Positions 23,771 to 37,364 of a DNA stretch of 64,000 bases are shown piece by piece. The position numbers and the translations under genes are program-made. This stretch comes from Vicugna vicugna (Eukaryota): positions 1,862,001 to 1,926,000 of the forward strand of contig MU058153.1 of NCBI GenBank assembly GCA_013265495.1. The letters run 5' to 3'. How positions within the stretch are numbered: the stretch's first letter is position 1; each line of letters starts with the position of its first letter. Below the pieces are notes generated by a model that did not search any database, was not told where the DNA came from, and saw nothing but the letters and a program-made list of their open reading frames with translations.

Positions 23771-26700
23771 AATAATTTTATAAATGTAAACTACTTAACT
23801 TTCACAATAGGCCTATGAGACAGAAACCAAGGTTCTGAGAACTTATTATTTATTTATGTATTTATTTCAACAAGGCACAGATCTTATGAGGGTTAAACCC
23901 ATAATTACAACACTAACCGTGGTGATTTTTCTTAACTACTTTATAAATATTTTATTCCCAGTCAAGATACATATTTTCAATCTGGAGAATTTGGCGGCTT
24001 AGTAGGGAAAACTGTGATGTTGCACAGGATAGGTAACCTAAATGGTTTTAAGTTTTCCCATTTTCTGTGGCACCTTTTTCATAAATATCCAAAAACTATG
24101 ACAAGCAAGCAAGCGAACAACTTCAAATCCAGCATTCTAGGTGAGTGCAGAAACAAACCTAATGATAAGGGTACTAATAATATCACACACAACACATAGG
24201 TGTGGACTATGTAGCAAGCATTGTTCTAAGAACTGTGAGTGCTAAAATACTCATGCAACTTGAATTCAGTCCCTCTCAAATGTTTCAGATGAAAACATGA
24301 CACATGAGGCTTCGTGAAAAGTGTCGGTGGATTTTACCTGCCCCTTACCTCCTTTTACTCTGAACAGCTGTTCTATTTCACTCCCCCTCTCTTCCTTAAC
24401 ATCTTGCCACATATTCCTCCAGCAATTTCCTCCTGCTTTGTTCTAAAGCAGAGCTCTATCGTCCATGCTCATTTCTCCAAAATACACAGTAAAAGATTAT
24501 GTGGATTTAACACATTTCACAGAGGGTCTAGAATACTTGGAGGACAACTAAGGAGAGAAGAGGAAAGAAAAGAAAGGAAAGGAAAAGAGAAGGGAAGGAA
24601 AGGACAGGAAAACTTAAACTGATCAGATATCACTGCTCCAAACTCCATTAGCTGAAATGCATAATTAAGAGTCTTTATTCGTTCTCTCTCTTTCGTCTGT
24701 GCCACAGAGCCCATCTGTATTCATTTCAACTCTAGGGGTTTAATTTGCAGGTGATACTTGCAACTGGAACTTAAGACAAGTGATTGTATACACATTATGA
24801 CTGATTATTTGTTGACCTCTTGTCACCAGTTAATGGCAGGAGAATGGATGCAGGGTGTGGACCTTGCCTTGCCTGTTGAATTCAGTAAGAAATCCCAGAC
24901 TTGTGGAGGAATGGGTGTTGCTTAGGAGTTAGAGGAAAATTCAGTTGCATGGATTGGGGTATCTTGTTGTGTGGTGTACAGCCCAACATGTAGTTACCCC
25001 AGAGATCTTAGGTCTTTGGAAGGAGACTGAGAAAAGTTTATACTTGTTAATATATCACGTATCATTCTGAGTTGTACTGAACTTAAGAAGGTTAGACATA
25101 CAAGTACAGGTATGAGCAACTGAATCAATTGTTTTGATGAAAAATTCGAAAGATTTGTGTCCTCATGTTCCTTTATTGCTCATCCTAGAAAGTTTCATGA
25201 TTCAATTTAAAAACTAGAGATTTTCGCTAGCTCAGTCCTCCAAAAGAAGCTGTCATCTTAATACATACGTACAGAGTCTCGAAAACTATTTTGCTTCACA
25301 GCTTACATGCCACACCACTTCTTGAACCTCTAAACAGCACCCTAGGAAAAGCAACACATTTTGGAGCAATGAATGGACATGGATAATTTGTATTGACATG
25401 GAAAACTTTGTGAATCTTATGGAGACCTGGTGTCTTATTCTGCAATGACCTACTCAATACTGATCATGTGAGTTAGCTGTTAAGAAAAAAGAAAGGTGAG
25501 TCAGCTTTAGAGAAATTCAGGTGATTTAGGTAAATCTGATGAAACTTTAATACAAAGCATAAAACAAAGATTATTTATAATGTAACATAGACTAACAAAT
25601 TATAATGTATTTTATAATCTTTAATTTGGGGTGAAAACAAACTGTTGACACATTAAAGAAATTCTGAGAAGATTCATAACTGTTTAGAATTCTTAAATTC
25701 TTCACAAAAAGAACCCCATTTAACTATTCTTGAACACAAGGGCAGAGTCTGGACTCATATATGATCCAAGTCATCCTCTGCACAGATAGATTCTAATAAA
25801 TATTGTGGCTTTATGTTTGAGGAAAATATGTCATTTTTTATGGCATTAAAACTTCAGATAAAGGTAGACTTCAGACATACAAATAAAGAAAATTTGAAGT
25901 AATTTTTTAGGAGATTAGGAATTAAAGAAATTTAGGAATTAAAATGTTTATGATAATAGCACTATATAAATAGTTCCTTAAAAATTAAACTGGTAACTGT
26001 ATCAGTTGGAAAATATGTAATCTTTTTATGAAAATTTGATTTATTCATTTGATTTATTATAGTCAATTATTTATAAACTTTGCTGTTAGAATTTTTTTCC
26101 CAATAATTTAACATTAACTAGACTTTGTCTCAATTTATAGGTTAAATGTTCAAGTTAGGTTTAATTTGCTTCTAAATCTTCTATATTTAGTTTTCTTTAT
26201 AACCATATAGCCCAGACTTCCAAAAGAAGTTGGACTCATGAATATTGTCATTTTAAAAGATTAATTTTGATTTATTCCCACAGATCTTTGAGGCACTGGT
26301 ATACGCTTTTATATTCATTCATTTATTCATTCAAAAATCTTAGGAAGTGTGTACTAGATTAAGCCTCTGTGTATCTTTTTGTGAGAGATCAAAGACTTGG
26401 AAATCCATACCTTAAAGGAATTTATTTAAATCAGGAAGTATGGTGTGGATGGAGCAATGTAGCTGAATATGAATGAGTTCAAAATTTTTTAATGAAATAT
26501 AAGTTTGTGATATTGTCAAATTAATACATGTTGAAAGGAAATGGAATACACTTAAGATGCTAAACTTTGTATATACCCAAAGCATTAGAACTATTGAAGG
26601 TTGCCAGTTGAATATTTCAAACTGAGTTGACCTCAGCTGAAAGAAACATAAACCACTAAATAAAAGTTATTTTGCATCTAATGTTACATCATTAAAATTA

Positions 26701-28195
26701 TATACTCTGTAAGTTTTTATATTTATCTATCTATTTAAACAACCAACCAAACAAAAAAACCCCATCCTGTATTCATTACAGTAAAAGTGTTTTAAATCAA
26801 AAGTTTCCCTTCAGGAATTTAGATTTGTCTTCTAGAGATATAATCCAAATTCAAGGCCACAGAAAATGTGTCCAGATTTTCTTTGATCAGGTAATAAAAA
26901 TAGCATTCTACCTTGTACACGCTAAATATACCAAATAAGAGAGAGCCGTGTACTTTAGTCTGCACGCTATCAAATTAGCTTGTCTGTCTCTACATTGTTA
27001 AAATTTACTTACTCATTACCAAATACTTACTTAATTTTGTGACAAGCCTTCTCTCAGATTTATATGTATTAATGACCTCAAGATTATCAATTACAATTCT
27101 TGGCCTGATTAGAGAAAGTCAATAACCAATAAAACATATCATATGAATTAATTCCACTTGTTTTCTTTCTGAAAATCTCAGAATAAAGTGACATGGATTC
27201 AACATTCTTATAAGGGGATATATTTTTGGCTGTAAAGGACTTACTGAGTTAAAAGACTCTAATTGTCTCAGAAAAGAAACTTTGGTCTAGAGGAAAAGAG
27301 AACTAGCCTTGGTACTACAACAGATCTAACGACATAACTTCTTCATTCTGCCGTTACCAGACGTGCGTGTCAGGAACAATGAAACCTCCCTTCGAACCTT
27401 AGGTTCATGTATGGTGCTTTGGTCGCAAGTTCAGAAGTTAATTCTCATTTGTCTTTTTAGCAGTCAAGAGACCAAGTAGTTACAGGTCTAAATAGGACAA
27501 AGGCAGCAGGGAGATGGAAGACTTGCGTAGCAAGAATCAGAACAAAGTCAGGGATAATCTAGTCTGCGCACTGGCACACCACACCAGTGATGTTATCAGT
27601 TCTCCCCATGTTCTTTCACAAGCTTTAGAGTTCCTAGAAACCCCAAATGGTCTGCCCACCTACAGCACGAGAGTAAAGAATCTTTGCTCTCCATCAAGAT
27701 TACATAAAATCGGAGTTTCCCAAAAGGGAGATGAGAGAGCTCTGAGGAAGGATGCCGGTCGGGGGTTGCAGTTCATCAACTGTAAAATCAGGATTGTAAT
27801 ACTTAGTGAAGAGTGTTGCCAGTAATGGTGAAAGAAAACACACCTCGAGCAGAATATGACATGCAGTATGGTGGTTGTATCAGTTCAAGAACAATGGAGA
27901 GAATTTTAAATTTGATAGCAAACAGCCCCCTTATGCAAGGACCCTGGGGAAGGCAGAAGTTTTGATGAATAGCCTGGGCTAGAGTTTGGTCTTCTCTCTG
28001 GTGTACAGGCTCTGCTTTAAATCAAAGAATAATGCAGATCCAGGGAGATTTGATTACTATGCTTGATTAGTATGCTAGATCTGAAGTTCTTGTGCCAAAC
28101 TGTTTATTCATGAGGACTTTGTTCTTCCAAAGCTCCCTTCTTCAAATGGAAAGGAAATGTCAGAAGCACATAGGTCGCCATTACAAAAAGAGATT

Positions 28196-28246
28196 CTACC
28201 GACATATACAAAGTCTTTTTGCTTGGCAATGGCAAAATATATACTC
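28196..28246 (-). CDS. Candidate terminal coding exon of an unidentified minus-strand gene (EYIFCHCQAKRLCICR*)
   Basis: Acceptor 'ttccctttctctgtcatag|' at 28247/28246; phase 0 fits the upstream exon; TAG at 28196-28198; AATAAA on the minus strand at 28103-28108. Confidence 0.25.
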   Translation of the reverse strand, partial: EYIFCHCQAKRLCICR

Positions 28247-29260
28247 CTATGACAGAGAAAGGGAATCTGCTTGTTTGTCTCAAAGTTTATATTTATACGG
28301 TCACGGCTTGACTCTGAAGCCATTCCTTGAGCTCATATGGAATCTCAAGTAGGAATAAATGTCGCCCTGGGCTGATATATTGTAAAAGTAATTCAGTTCA
28401 GTGTTTGTTTACAAATAGGACAGACAGGAAACTTGCACGCCTTCTCTAAAGAGTTCTCTAAAGAAGTAGTCATAACAGATTACCATTCATTTAAATTGCT
28501 CTAATGAGGGGGAAAGTAGTATATAGTAAGATGTTCAGAGAATTTTTTTTATAGATTATCTAATTGAAAGTCTTCCAGTTAAATTCTAAAAAGTGACTTG
28601 GAAATCCTTATTTTATTCTAATATGAAAGTGAGAAGTTAAAGAATATGCTTTTTTAAAAGATTATTCTTTGATATTCTTATCTGGTCGTTCATTGTTTCT
28701 AGGTATCCCCAAATCTTTTATTAGTCATTTTCTAACTCATTGTCCAGTTTACGGCATAATAGAAGTCCACTGAAACCACTGAATACTGTCCTGATGTTAG
28801 GAAATGTAAGAGTCATTTGTATCGATGAGTGTGGAGCTAACATTTAGTTTAGAATTTTTGTTACTATTCCTTCTCTCTCTTGTGCTTTTGTTCCTGTAGC
28901 ATCAACAGAGATAGAACCAAATGATAGTGATTTGGCACTGATGTAGAGGTTGTGCAGATATGAAGCTGGCAAATAATTTAACTGGGAATAAGTATCTAGG
29001 GGCACAATTTATCATGAAACATTCTTAATGAGTTAAATTTAAAAAGTAAATGCTTGGATGTGTTGAGGAAAAAAACAATAAAACTGAACAAAAACTTTAA
29101 GGTATGTCTTTTTGAATTGTATATAATTAGATATTTCTATGTTGATAAGATTATGAAAAAGGTCAATCATGAAGCATCCATTGGATTGAATTTCTGAATT
29201 GCTCCAGGGCCACCCTTTGCTTTAAACCAATGGCAGCATGTGAGAAATGCTGATACTGAC

Positions 29261-29361
29261 CGATGTGGGTTCAAACAACGTATAAAATGTGCCTCTATCT
29301 GTAAACTGTAAGCTTATTCTCATAACCGCAAAAGGTGAGTAATCAAGGCACAATGAATCAC
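29261..29361 (-). CDS. Candidate internal exon (G-DSLCLDYSPFAVMRISLQFTDRGTFYTLFEPTS)
   Basis: 'tgttttcag|GT...TCG|gtcagt'; 101 nt, only one open frame (phase 1 in, phase 0 out). Confidence 0.3.
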
Positions 29362-29869
29362 CTGAAAACATGATTAGCTTTGTGGTTTGAGGTATAGAAG
29401 AAAAGTGGATTCTTGAAGCTTCTAATTGTTTTTTCAACTGGTGCATTTAAGTTGGCATTTAGTATTCTGTATGACACAGAAGCTCACATCTTTCTGGATT
29501 CAAACTTAATTTTGACTTTTGGGTGGAGGAAAGAATAGGAAGAAAAACTTGACTGTTTGAGGGGGAAGCTAACTGCCAGCTCTGATGAATATCCCTGGAA
29601 GACTATGTCTTCGGACTAATGAATCAGTCAATCAATATGTAATCCATATGATCTAATTTGTGGTCAATATGAGTAGAAGAAACAATAAATACCTTTGTAA
29701 ATAACACTTTTTTGCAGAACATACTTCTCTACACTTTCTTTCCTCTAAAACTCAGTTTGATTATATAGTCATATGTTCAGTTGATAATAGTTACATCTCT
29801 CAGATATATATTTGCAAGGTTAAATTAAAGAAGTTTTGCAGTTTATGTGGCTTGTAAAAGAGCAAATAC

Positions 29870-29995
29870 CGATTAAGTACTGCAGCAGGAGAGAACCAGA
29901 AAATAAACTGTATCCTAATTTCAAAACTATTACTTTTATAATCTTTTCTTCTTTGAAGAGTTGTACTCGGATCAGGAAACTGACAGAGGTGACAT
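29870..29995 (-). CDS. Candidate internal exon (D-VTSVSFLIRVQLFKEEKIIKVIVLKLGYSLFSGSLLLQYLI-G)
   Basis: 'tttttccttcag|AT...ATCG|gtattt'; 126 nt, symmetric, open in phase 1 (and in phase 2). Confidence 0.3.
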
Positions 29996-30011
29996 CTGAA
30001 GGAAAAATTTT

Positions 30012-30095
30012 CAGGAAGAGATAAATTGGGAGTTTGAGATTTGCAGATAATAACTACCGTATATAAAATAAACAATAAAAAAGTAAATAAAATAA
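30012..30095 (+). mobile_element. Very short L1 3'UTR-derived insertion with A-rich tail
   Basis: Similar to the reverse complement of ~2140-2212 of the L1 in this window; possible TSD aaaattt (30004-30010 / 30094-30100). Confidence 0.7.
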
Positions 30096-31329
30096 AATTT
30101 AATTGTAGGCTCTAAAAGTTTTATTATTAATTACTTGTAATTATGGCATAACCTACTAAGATAAAAGCAGTTAGTGAAATAGCTGCTGTTTTGTTAAAAA
30201 AGTTACTACTTATTCACACCTGTTGTAACCAGTATTTGGTACCAGTATTCTCTTTATGCTTTGCAATGTACATATTTATATTTTATATATTATATTTTAT
30301 AAATATAATTTATATATTTATTTTAAATATTTATATTTATATATATATATAAAATCTAGAAATAATTGAGGCATATTAAGAACCAGAAAGTCTAAAATTA
30401 TGATATATTGTGTTTATTCTTTCTAGTTCATATTGATTTTAAATTATATCAAGATAAATCAATTTAAGTCAATATTCTTAGCTCAGAGAAAAGTCAGTCT
30501 AATTAGATGATCAGTCTATCATTAAACAAATCATGCTTAGCATTTATTAAATACTGCATACACAGAAATGTGCATCTAATTAATTGCTATTCTATAGAAC
30601 TGAATGAAATATTCTGTATTTTGAAGATAAAGCTACAGCAATGTAAAATGAATTAAATAGTTCTGTTACTCGGAAAATAATTTATTTTGTAATTAAAATA
30701 TAGTAATTTCAGGGTTACTATAGGCTTTATCAGAGAAATACACAAAAGTAAATTCTCAAATTTCTTCTTGGAGAAAAGGAAATGCAATTAATTACCTGAA
30801 ATATTTCAAAGTCAAAGTACTAGACTCTTGAGAAGCTATTATCTTGATAGCATTTACGGGAAACACCCTGCACCTTCAATTTATTAAATTATCCAGGTAG
30901 AGTATGGAAGAATCTGAAGATTTGCTGAAATCCCTTCTTGGTTCAATACACATCTGTCAGTATGCTGGCACAGGAGAGACTTCTGACTTCAAATGTACCA
31001 AAACAAAAATGCACAGTTATAGTAAATAATCCTTCCCTGTTGAATAAGGCAGAGCAGTCAAGTGCATTGTCAGCGTGAGATGCATCAAACATGAGAAGGG
31101 ACAAAATGGCAGGAAAGGAAAACAAACAGGCAGAAGACCATGAATCACGGTGATGACAGTTAAGTAGAGGCGAGTCTTCCCTAAGTGCTAAATAACAAGT
31201 TTCTCTGCTAAGACATCTTTTCAGACTGGTAGTTTATGTGCACCCAGATTTCTAAAGAAACTGTAGTTGCAGGAGTTTCCCTTCCCATGCCTCTTTGGCT
31301 CCTTAGGCCAATTCTTATTAATAAGTAAA

Positions 31330-31560
31330 TAACAGCCAGCATTTTGCCTATGGTAAGCTAGTACTTCTGCGCATCGTTTAAATTCATACAAAGCACTGTG
31401 CTACACAGACCATTATTGTACTCATTTTATAGAGGAGAAAACTGAAACTTAGGCTTAGAAACTTGTCTGCCTTCCCCTAGCAGTTAGGTTGTGGAGATGG
31501 AAATTCAAACTCAGATACAAATAGCTTCAGGGCTTCCGCTCTAAAACACCCTATTAAGCT
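31330..31560 (-). mobile_element. MIR SINE
   Basis: 'cattttatagaggagaaaactgaaacttagg'. Confidence 0.65.
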
Positions 31561-32110
31561 TCCTTCTTTTACAAAGAAGTTCCTCTTGCCTCACATTTCC
31601 AGGTACAGCTCACCTCAACCAGGATAATGAAGAAGGCTCTTGATGGTAGAATGAGATTCACTCCTGATGAATCTTAATAGGGACAACTGCAAACACTTTG
31701 TGCACACTCTGTGAAAATTATACAAATTCAAAATCAGAAGCTCAAGGTTTGTACTTCCAGCACTTGCTAACAGTACTGCTTTGGGCAAATTTCTTGGTAT
31801 TCTGAAGCCTCAATTTCTACATCTACAATATAAAATACCTTTAAAGATAGTATTCAAAAGTAGCATTAAATGAAATAGAATATAAAAGATCTTCATAAAC
31901 CTATAAATTATTTGATATAAGCTATCAAGTAGAAGCTAGTATATGACTGTTTGCATCTCTCTGCTGTATATACAAGGTGAAAAGAGAAAGTGACTTGATA
32001 GTGTCTTAAAAGAAACAAAATAAGTTGTTTTGTTTCTGCTATGATTTCAGAAAAATTCTAAATAGCTTTTCATTTTTAAAAAAGGAAAAAAAAAACAAAA
32101 TGGGGTGGCC

Positions 32111-32560
32111 AGTTGGTGGTATGGTGACATGCAAGTTGGTAAGAGAATTTACCAGAGATAAAGTATGAGAATAGAAAAGGACTTTACTAGAATACGCCGT
32201 CAGGGACACCAGTGGGCCACAAAGGCAAGAGATGCCAGTGTGAGCACCGAGGGCTGGTTACTGGGATCTTCTATAAGGTAGGGTCACAGGGTGCCTGATT
32301 GGCTTGTGCACAAGTCTCTGATTGGTTGCTGGTGAAGTAAGAGGTTTAGGGTCTGTGAAAGGCAGTGGAGTTCATGACTCTGATAAGGTGGGCTGAAACT
32401 AGCCAGCCTGAGCTATTGTGAGATTAGGCATTACCTAGGGCTATTTGCTCATGAGGCCAAACATATCCAGTAAAGAAGGTACTTTATCTGTTGAGGGATC
32501 ACAGGCAGACATGTAAGAGCCCAGGGTCTTTGGACTTTGAAGGACATCAGTTGGCCCAAC
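32111..32560 (-). mobile_element. Solo LTR-like element, family unassigned
   Basis: GC-richer block; reverse complement begins TGTTGGG, has tandem CCAAT boxes (gattgg at ~32297 and ~32320), TATA-like 'cttataga' and an AGTAAA signal. Confidence 0.5.
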
Positions 32561-32628
32561 AATTAATATTTTATCTATCTTCCTTTCTGTCTGTTCAAAT
32601 GTGTTGCACCCATTTTTATTGAGTTGCT

Positions 32629-32632
32629 TATA

Positions 32633-32663
<31 letters not shown>

Positions 32664-32668
32664 TTTTA
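32629..32668. repeat. (TA)n followed by a poly-T tract, within old L1 fragments
   Basis: Direct reading. Confidence 0.9.
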
Positions 32669-35600
32669 TTAAATTTTACTGATTTGTAGATTTTATACAT
32701 GCATACACAATGATTTCCAGGGACAAGGATCATTATTTTTTCTTTTTTTTTTGGATCATACATATGTAGTACAAATATGTCTCTCTCTATCTGCACTTGT
32801 CTTTTTTAAATGTGTCTTTTGGTAAATTCTTAATGTTGTGGATTTGGTTAATTATTATTTTTTTCTTTTATGACTTGTGCTTTTATATCCTAAGAAGATT
32901 TTGTTTATCTATAGGTCATAAAAATAGGTTTCTTCTAGAAGCTTTATAAATTTAACTTTCATCTTTAGTTCTTTGACTCATCTCATAGATTCTTGTTCAT
33001 GTGCATAGTATGAGAAAGTGTTTATACTTCTCCAACGTTTTTCCGTACCCTGCACCTTTAAAAGACTAGTTTTTGCCTAGCAGAATCCCTCTGCCTAGGG
33101 CAGGCTCACTGCTCTGTTAACTGTTGACTTAACAAACGTGCTCCACATGCTCCACCCCCACCCTACAGCCCTGGTGACAAATCTCTGTCCCCTCCCGGAA
33201 GGGATCATCATTGTTCTCTGTAATTTAGTTTCTTACACATCATTATGTTCAGAGCTCTCTGAAATCTTCAAAAATACAAACATTTTATATATTTTTGTTA
33301 GTTGTTATAGTAAAATGAATATTTAAACATGCACCACAACATTTTTAAAATGGGTTATTTTTAAGATTTTTCCCAATGTTTTAGATGGCTATCGCTAGGA
33401 GCTGGGTCAGAATGTCTGTTCCATTATATCACTGGGAACAGAAGGCCATCACATTCTCCCTGGTATCACGATGCTTTGTGCTCTTGCTCCCCAACTTATG
33501 CCCAGATCCTTGAAAACTGAGACCGTCAGCATATGACCAAACAGCACCTGGGATATTGTCTGGACATTGGTGACTTAAAGGTCCTAATAGACTGAATTTC
33601 TGGCTCTATCAAATTCTGTATTTTATTTCACAGAGAACACAAAATTATTAGTATACTTCACCCCTAGGAAAACTAACTCAAGTAATAGATTGAACCTAGA
33701 GATGGCTTATGCATGGTTCCAGAATTACCTTCCATCTAATTTTCCAGAAAGGTAAAAACAAAATATTATACAGTGAGCTAAATTGCCAGCAGGGGAAAAA
33801 ATTTTTAAGCTGGTTGCCATGGTAATTCCATTCCTGTATGCAATTCCCACTCAATTGAGCTTGATGGCAGTTGGGCTGAGTAATGAAATGGAAGTAAAGG
33901 ACTGATGATTTTACTTGCTTTCAAAATGTCCACAATTAGAAGTGTACATCTTTCACGCCTTCCTTTTACTCTCCTCTTGTTTTTCTCTTTTACCAAAGGC
34001 TTCTACTTTCACAACCATTTCACAACTACTATAAGAACTCTAGTGGGTGTATCCATTCAAATACCTTCCCATCAGGACTACTCAGGTCAGAATAGTTGAC
34101 TGGCAGGGTTAAATTCCTGGACACTGATTTTTCATGGGCCACATCTAGTAAGTTGTCAACAGCTTTCTATTTTGAGCTAATTATATTCAAGTATTCTGTG
34201 CAAGAGCCTAATTCATGTCAGAATTTAAATGATCACCTGATCATCTCCCACCTAAGCATTTAGGCTCACAAATTTGACACCAATATTAAAGTGAATACTA
34301 CTTTCAGTTTTCTTTCCAGAAAATCACGGTAACTGTTGGAGATATATATATATATATAATATATATATGTTTGTGTGAGATATTGTCAAGTGTATTGGAG
34401 AAATGTGCCACAGGGGGTTATGACATGTGTACAAACATAGGAAAACCAAATGACCACACAAGAACCAGTCAAAGGATATTGAGACAAAAATGTAGGTTAC
34501 TATCTATGTGTGGCTTTTGCCATGGTCTTTCCCTTCCTACACTCGTTCTTCTTTTCCTCAAACAGGAAAGCAAGCATTCCACACAGGCCTTTTGATGTGG
34601 ATGTAAGGATTAACTGATACATGCCTGCAAAAGGTAACAAATCTGGCAAATTCATTTCTTGTTATTGTAAATGATTGTTGTATTGCACACAACTACCTTT
34701 TTTTTTTTTTTGCCATTTCTAAACTCCAATCCCTAAAGACTCTTTGTGGAGGAATTCTTTGGGTAATTGAGTAAGTAGGTGAGAAAGTAGGGGTGTGCCA
34801 ATGCAACACCTAACATACACTGAGGGGAAATGATCCTCGCAAAGACCGTGTTCTGAGAGGGTGCAACTTACATGGCTCCCACTCTTACCATCATAGTCTT
34901 CCCCAAAATCGTCAGTTTGGATTCATTTCAGTTTATGGTGTTTTACTGAATAGAGGATTTCTTTAATTATAAAGAAATAGAAGATTTCTATAATTATAAG
35001 ATAACTGAAAGCTTAATTGATGACAACTAACTCCACGCCAAGGAGTGAGAACTACACACATGTAATTCTAGAATTGATTCTAAATGTGTTTAACAAATTA
35101 TAAATACCACACAACTTCTAATGTAAAGCTCTAGTCCCTTTTCAGCACTACCAGACTTGTTAATTGCTTTGGTTGTGTGTTTCTTTTCTGTTTCAGTTTT
35201 CATTTCTTCCGGCTTCCATTTACTTGTGTTCCAGATCCTTCTGGTACCCTTCAGTCCACACTGGAATAGACTGTTCTCTTTCCTCAGGGCCCTTGTTCTA
35301 TTTCAGGAAGGCACTCACTCTTTTATTTATTGTGAATTTCTCTGAAGATCTTCTCTCTTCAGTATGCTCTGGAAAATGGCTACTGGTTATTTGCTAAATT
35401 TGGGAAGAGACTGTTCTTTCACTGCTTTGCGCTGCCTCTCCCTTCCATTTCTGTGCTATGTTGAGGTGCAGTGTATTTTATTCCTTGTGTCCAGGAAAGT
35501 CACTTGCTCGTGTGAGCCTAAGATGAAAACTGTCCCTTGCGTTTTTAGCACCAAAGTAGTAGCTCTTGATAGAAAAACGTCTTGGCTTGATTTTCAATTT

Positions 35601-36363
35601 AGTACTTTATGCTCACCATAGGGTGAGGTATATTACTTCCTAGAAGTATGCTGATGAAAGAAAAGACCCATTATTCAGATGGCAAAATATATATATGGCA
35701 ACAAATTGGACAAGCTGGAAGAAATGAGCAAGTTTATAGTTGGTAAAATAAAGAGTCACAGATAAATGTAGGTGTCTATCTCAACATTTTGTTTTTCCCC
35801 CATTCTTAAATTGACTTTTGCTTTCTATCTGCAGCCCTATTTTTCTACAAATTATTTCTTAGCAACTCTGAGTTATAATTCATACAACAATGTATTTTAT
35901 TGTTTTTCCCTTTCTGTTTCATTTTCAGCTCAAGTAGAAGTCCATTTATATGTGTCCATAATAATGCCCTCCTGAAATTTCTAATCAAACATGTTTATCA
36001 CATGAAGTTTTCCAAACATATCATTCTGGGTTTCTTGCTTTAGCTACCATTAGCTAGTTTCTCAGTAACATAGACCCCAGAACTCAATCAACTTTGATTT
36101 TCTCCATGCCATGATTTTAGTACATGATTCTACTGCTAAAATCTTCTCTCAGATCTATTCCTTCCTTTCCACTTTGTTGCTATGACTTTTTTCCACACCC
36201 TTGTAACATTGTCATGGACTCTGACTTCTCCCTACTCAATTGCCTTGCTTCTGGAATATATTTACTTTTATCTCATATAATGTTTCTATGCAGTTAGGTT
36301 CCACAATTATGATTACATTTTACTCTTTCTGAAAAACAGTAAGTGGCTTACCACTGTCTATAG

Positions 36364-36584
36364 CAGGGGACAGCAAAAATTTTCTTTAAAATGCCAAATA
36401 CTTAAATATTTTAAGTTTTGCAATATATATGTGGTCTCTGCTACAGCTGCACTAAGCTGCCGTTGTGGTACAAAGGCAGTCATAGATAATATCTAAATTA
36501 ATAGGCATGCATATATTCCAATACATTTTTTTCACAAAAACAAGAAAGGTAGATTTGATCTGTGAGCAAATTTGCTGACTGCTG
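36364..36584 (+). mobile_element. MER58A-like hAT-Charlie MITE
   Basis: 'caggggacagcaaaaattttct...ggtctctgctacagct...ctgccgttgtggt...tttgctgactgctg' with degenerate TIRs. Confidence 0.8.
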
Positions 36585-37364
36585 TTTTGGCATGACTTTA
36601 AAAACAAACTTTTTTTCCATCAAATATCTTAAACTACCATGCCATAATCTAGACCTTTTTTTTGAAATTTTGTTGTATTTTTATATTTAATGCATATTTA
36701 AATGCACATTGCATTTATATATATTAACATATATTTAAAATAAATTACTATATATAGCAAAATTGATGATTGAAACATATGTGAAAATATATAGCATTTG
36801 GGTCCTTTTAAACCCAGTAAATTCAGGGACACAAGTACTTCATTTTAAGAACATTGGTCTGCAGACTACAGCTTGACTTTCTTCTTGTCTTTCAATAGCA
36901 GCCATGCTCTTCCTATAACCTTCCAAATACCTCCTTTTCAATCCTAGTTTGCCCATCTCATAGTCACTCTTCTCTGTCTGGATCATTGCTATAATCACCT
37001 TTACACTGTTTTTAAAGTACATTTTCGATGCTTTCTTGCATAAGCCCTCTTTGACTCAGCCAACCAGAGGTAGATTCATTCACTTCTGAAACCCCATGGA
37101 ATTTACTCATATTTCTCTTTTGGCACATTATATGGTAGTCAGTTATTAACATAGATTGCTTCTTTGATTAGACTCTGAGATCCTAAGAAAGATTGGAATT
37201 TAAGTCCCACAGTGCTTGTGCAGAGTAAGGACTTCCTATTTATTTTATGAGTGGAAGAAAATCAGGTCTGTTCTGAGGGAAATGAAATAAGCACTGTGGA
37301 TACTTTTCCCACCAATAGTGGGATTATCAAGGAGGAAGTCTATTTCTGTAGAGTGTTTCCTTAT

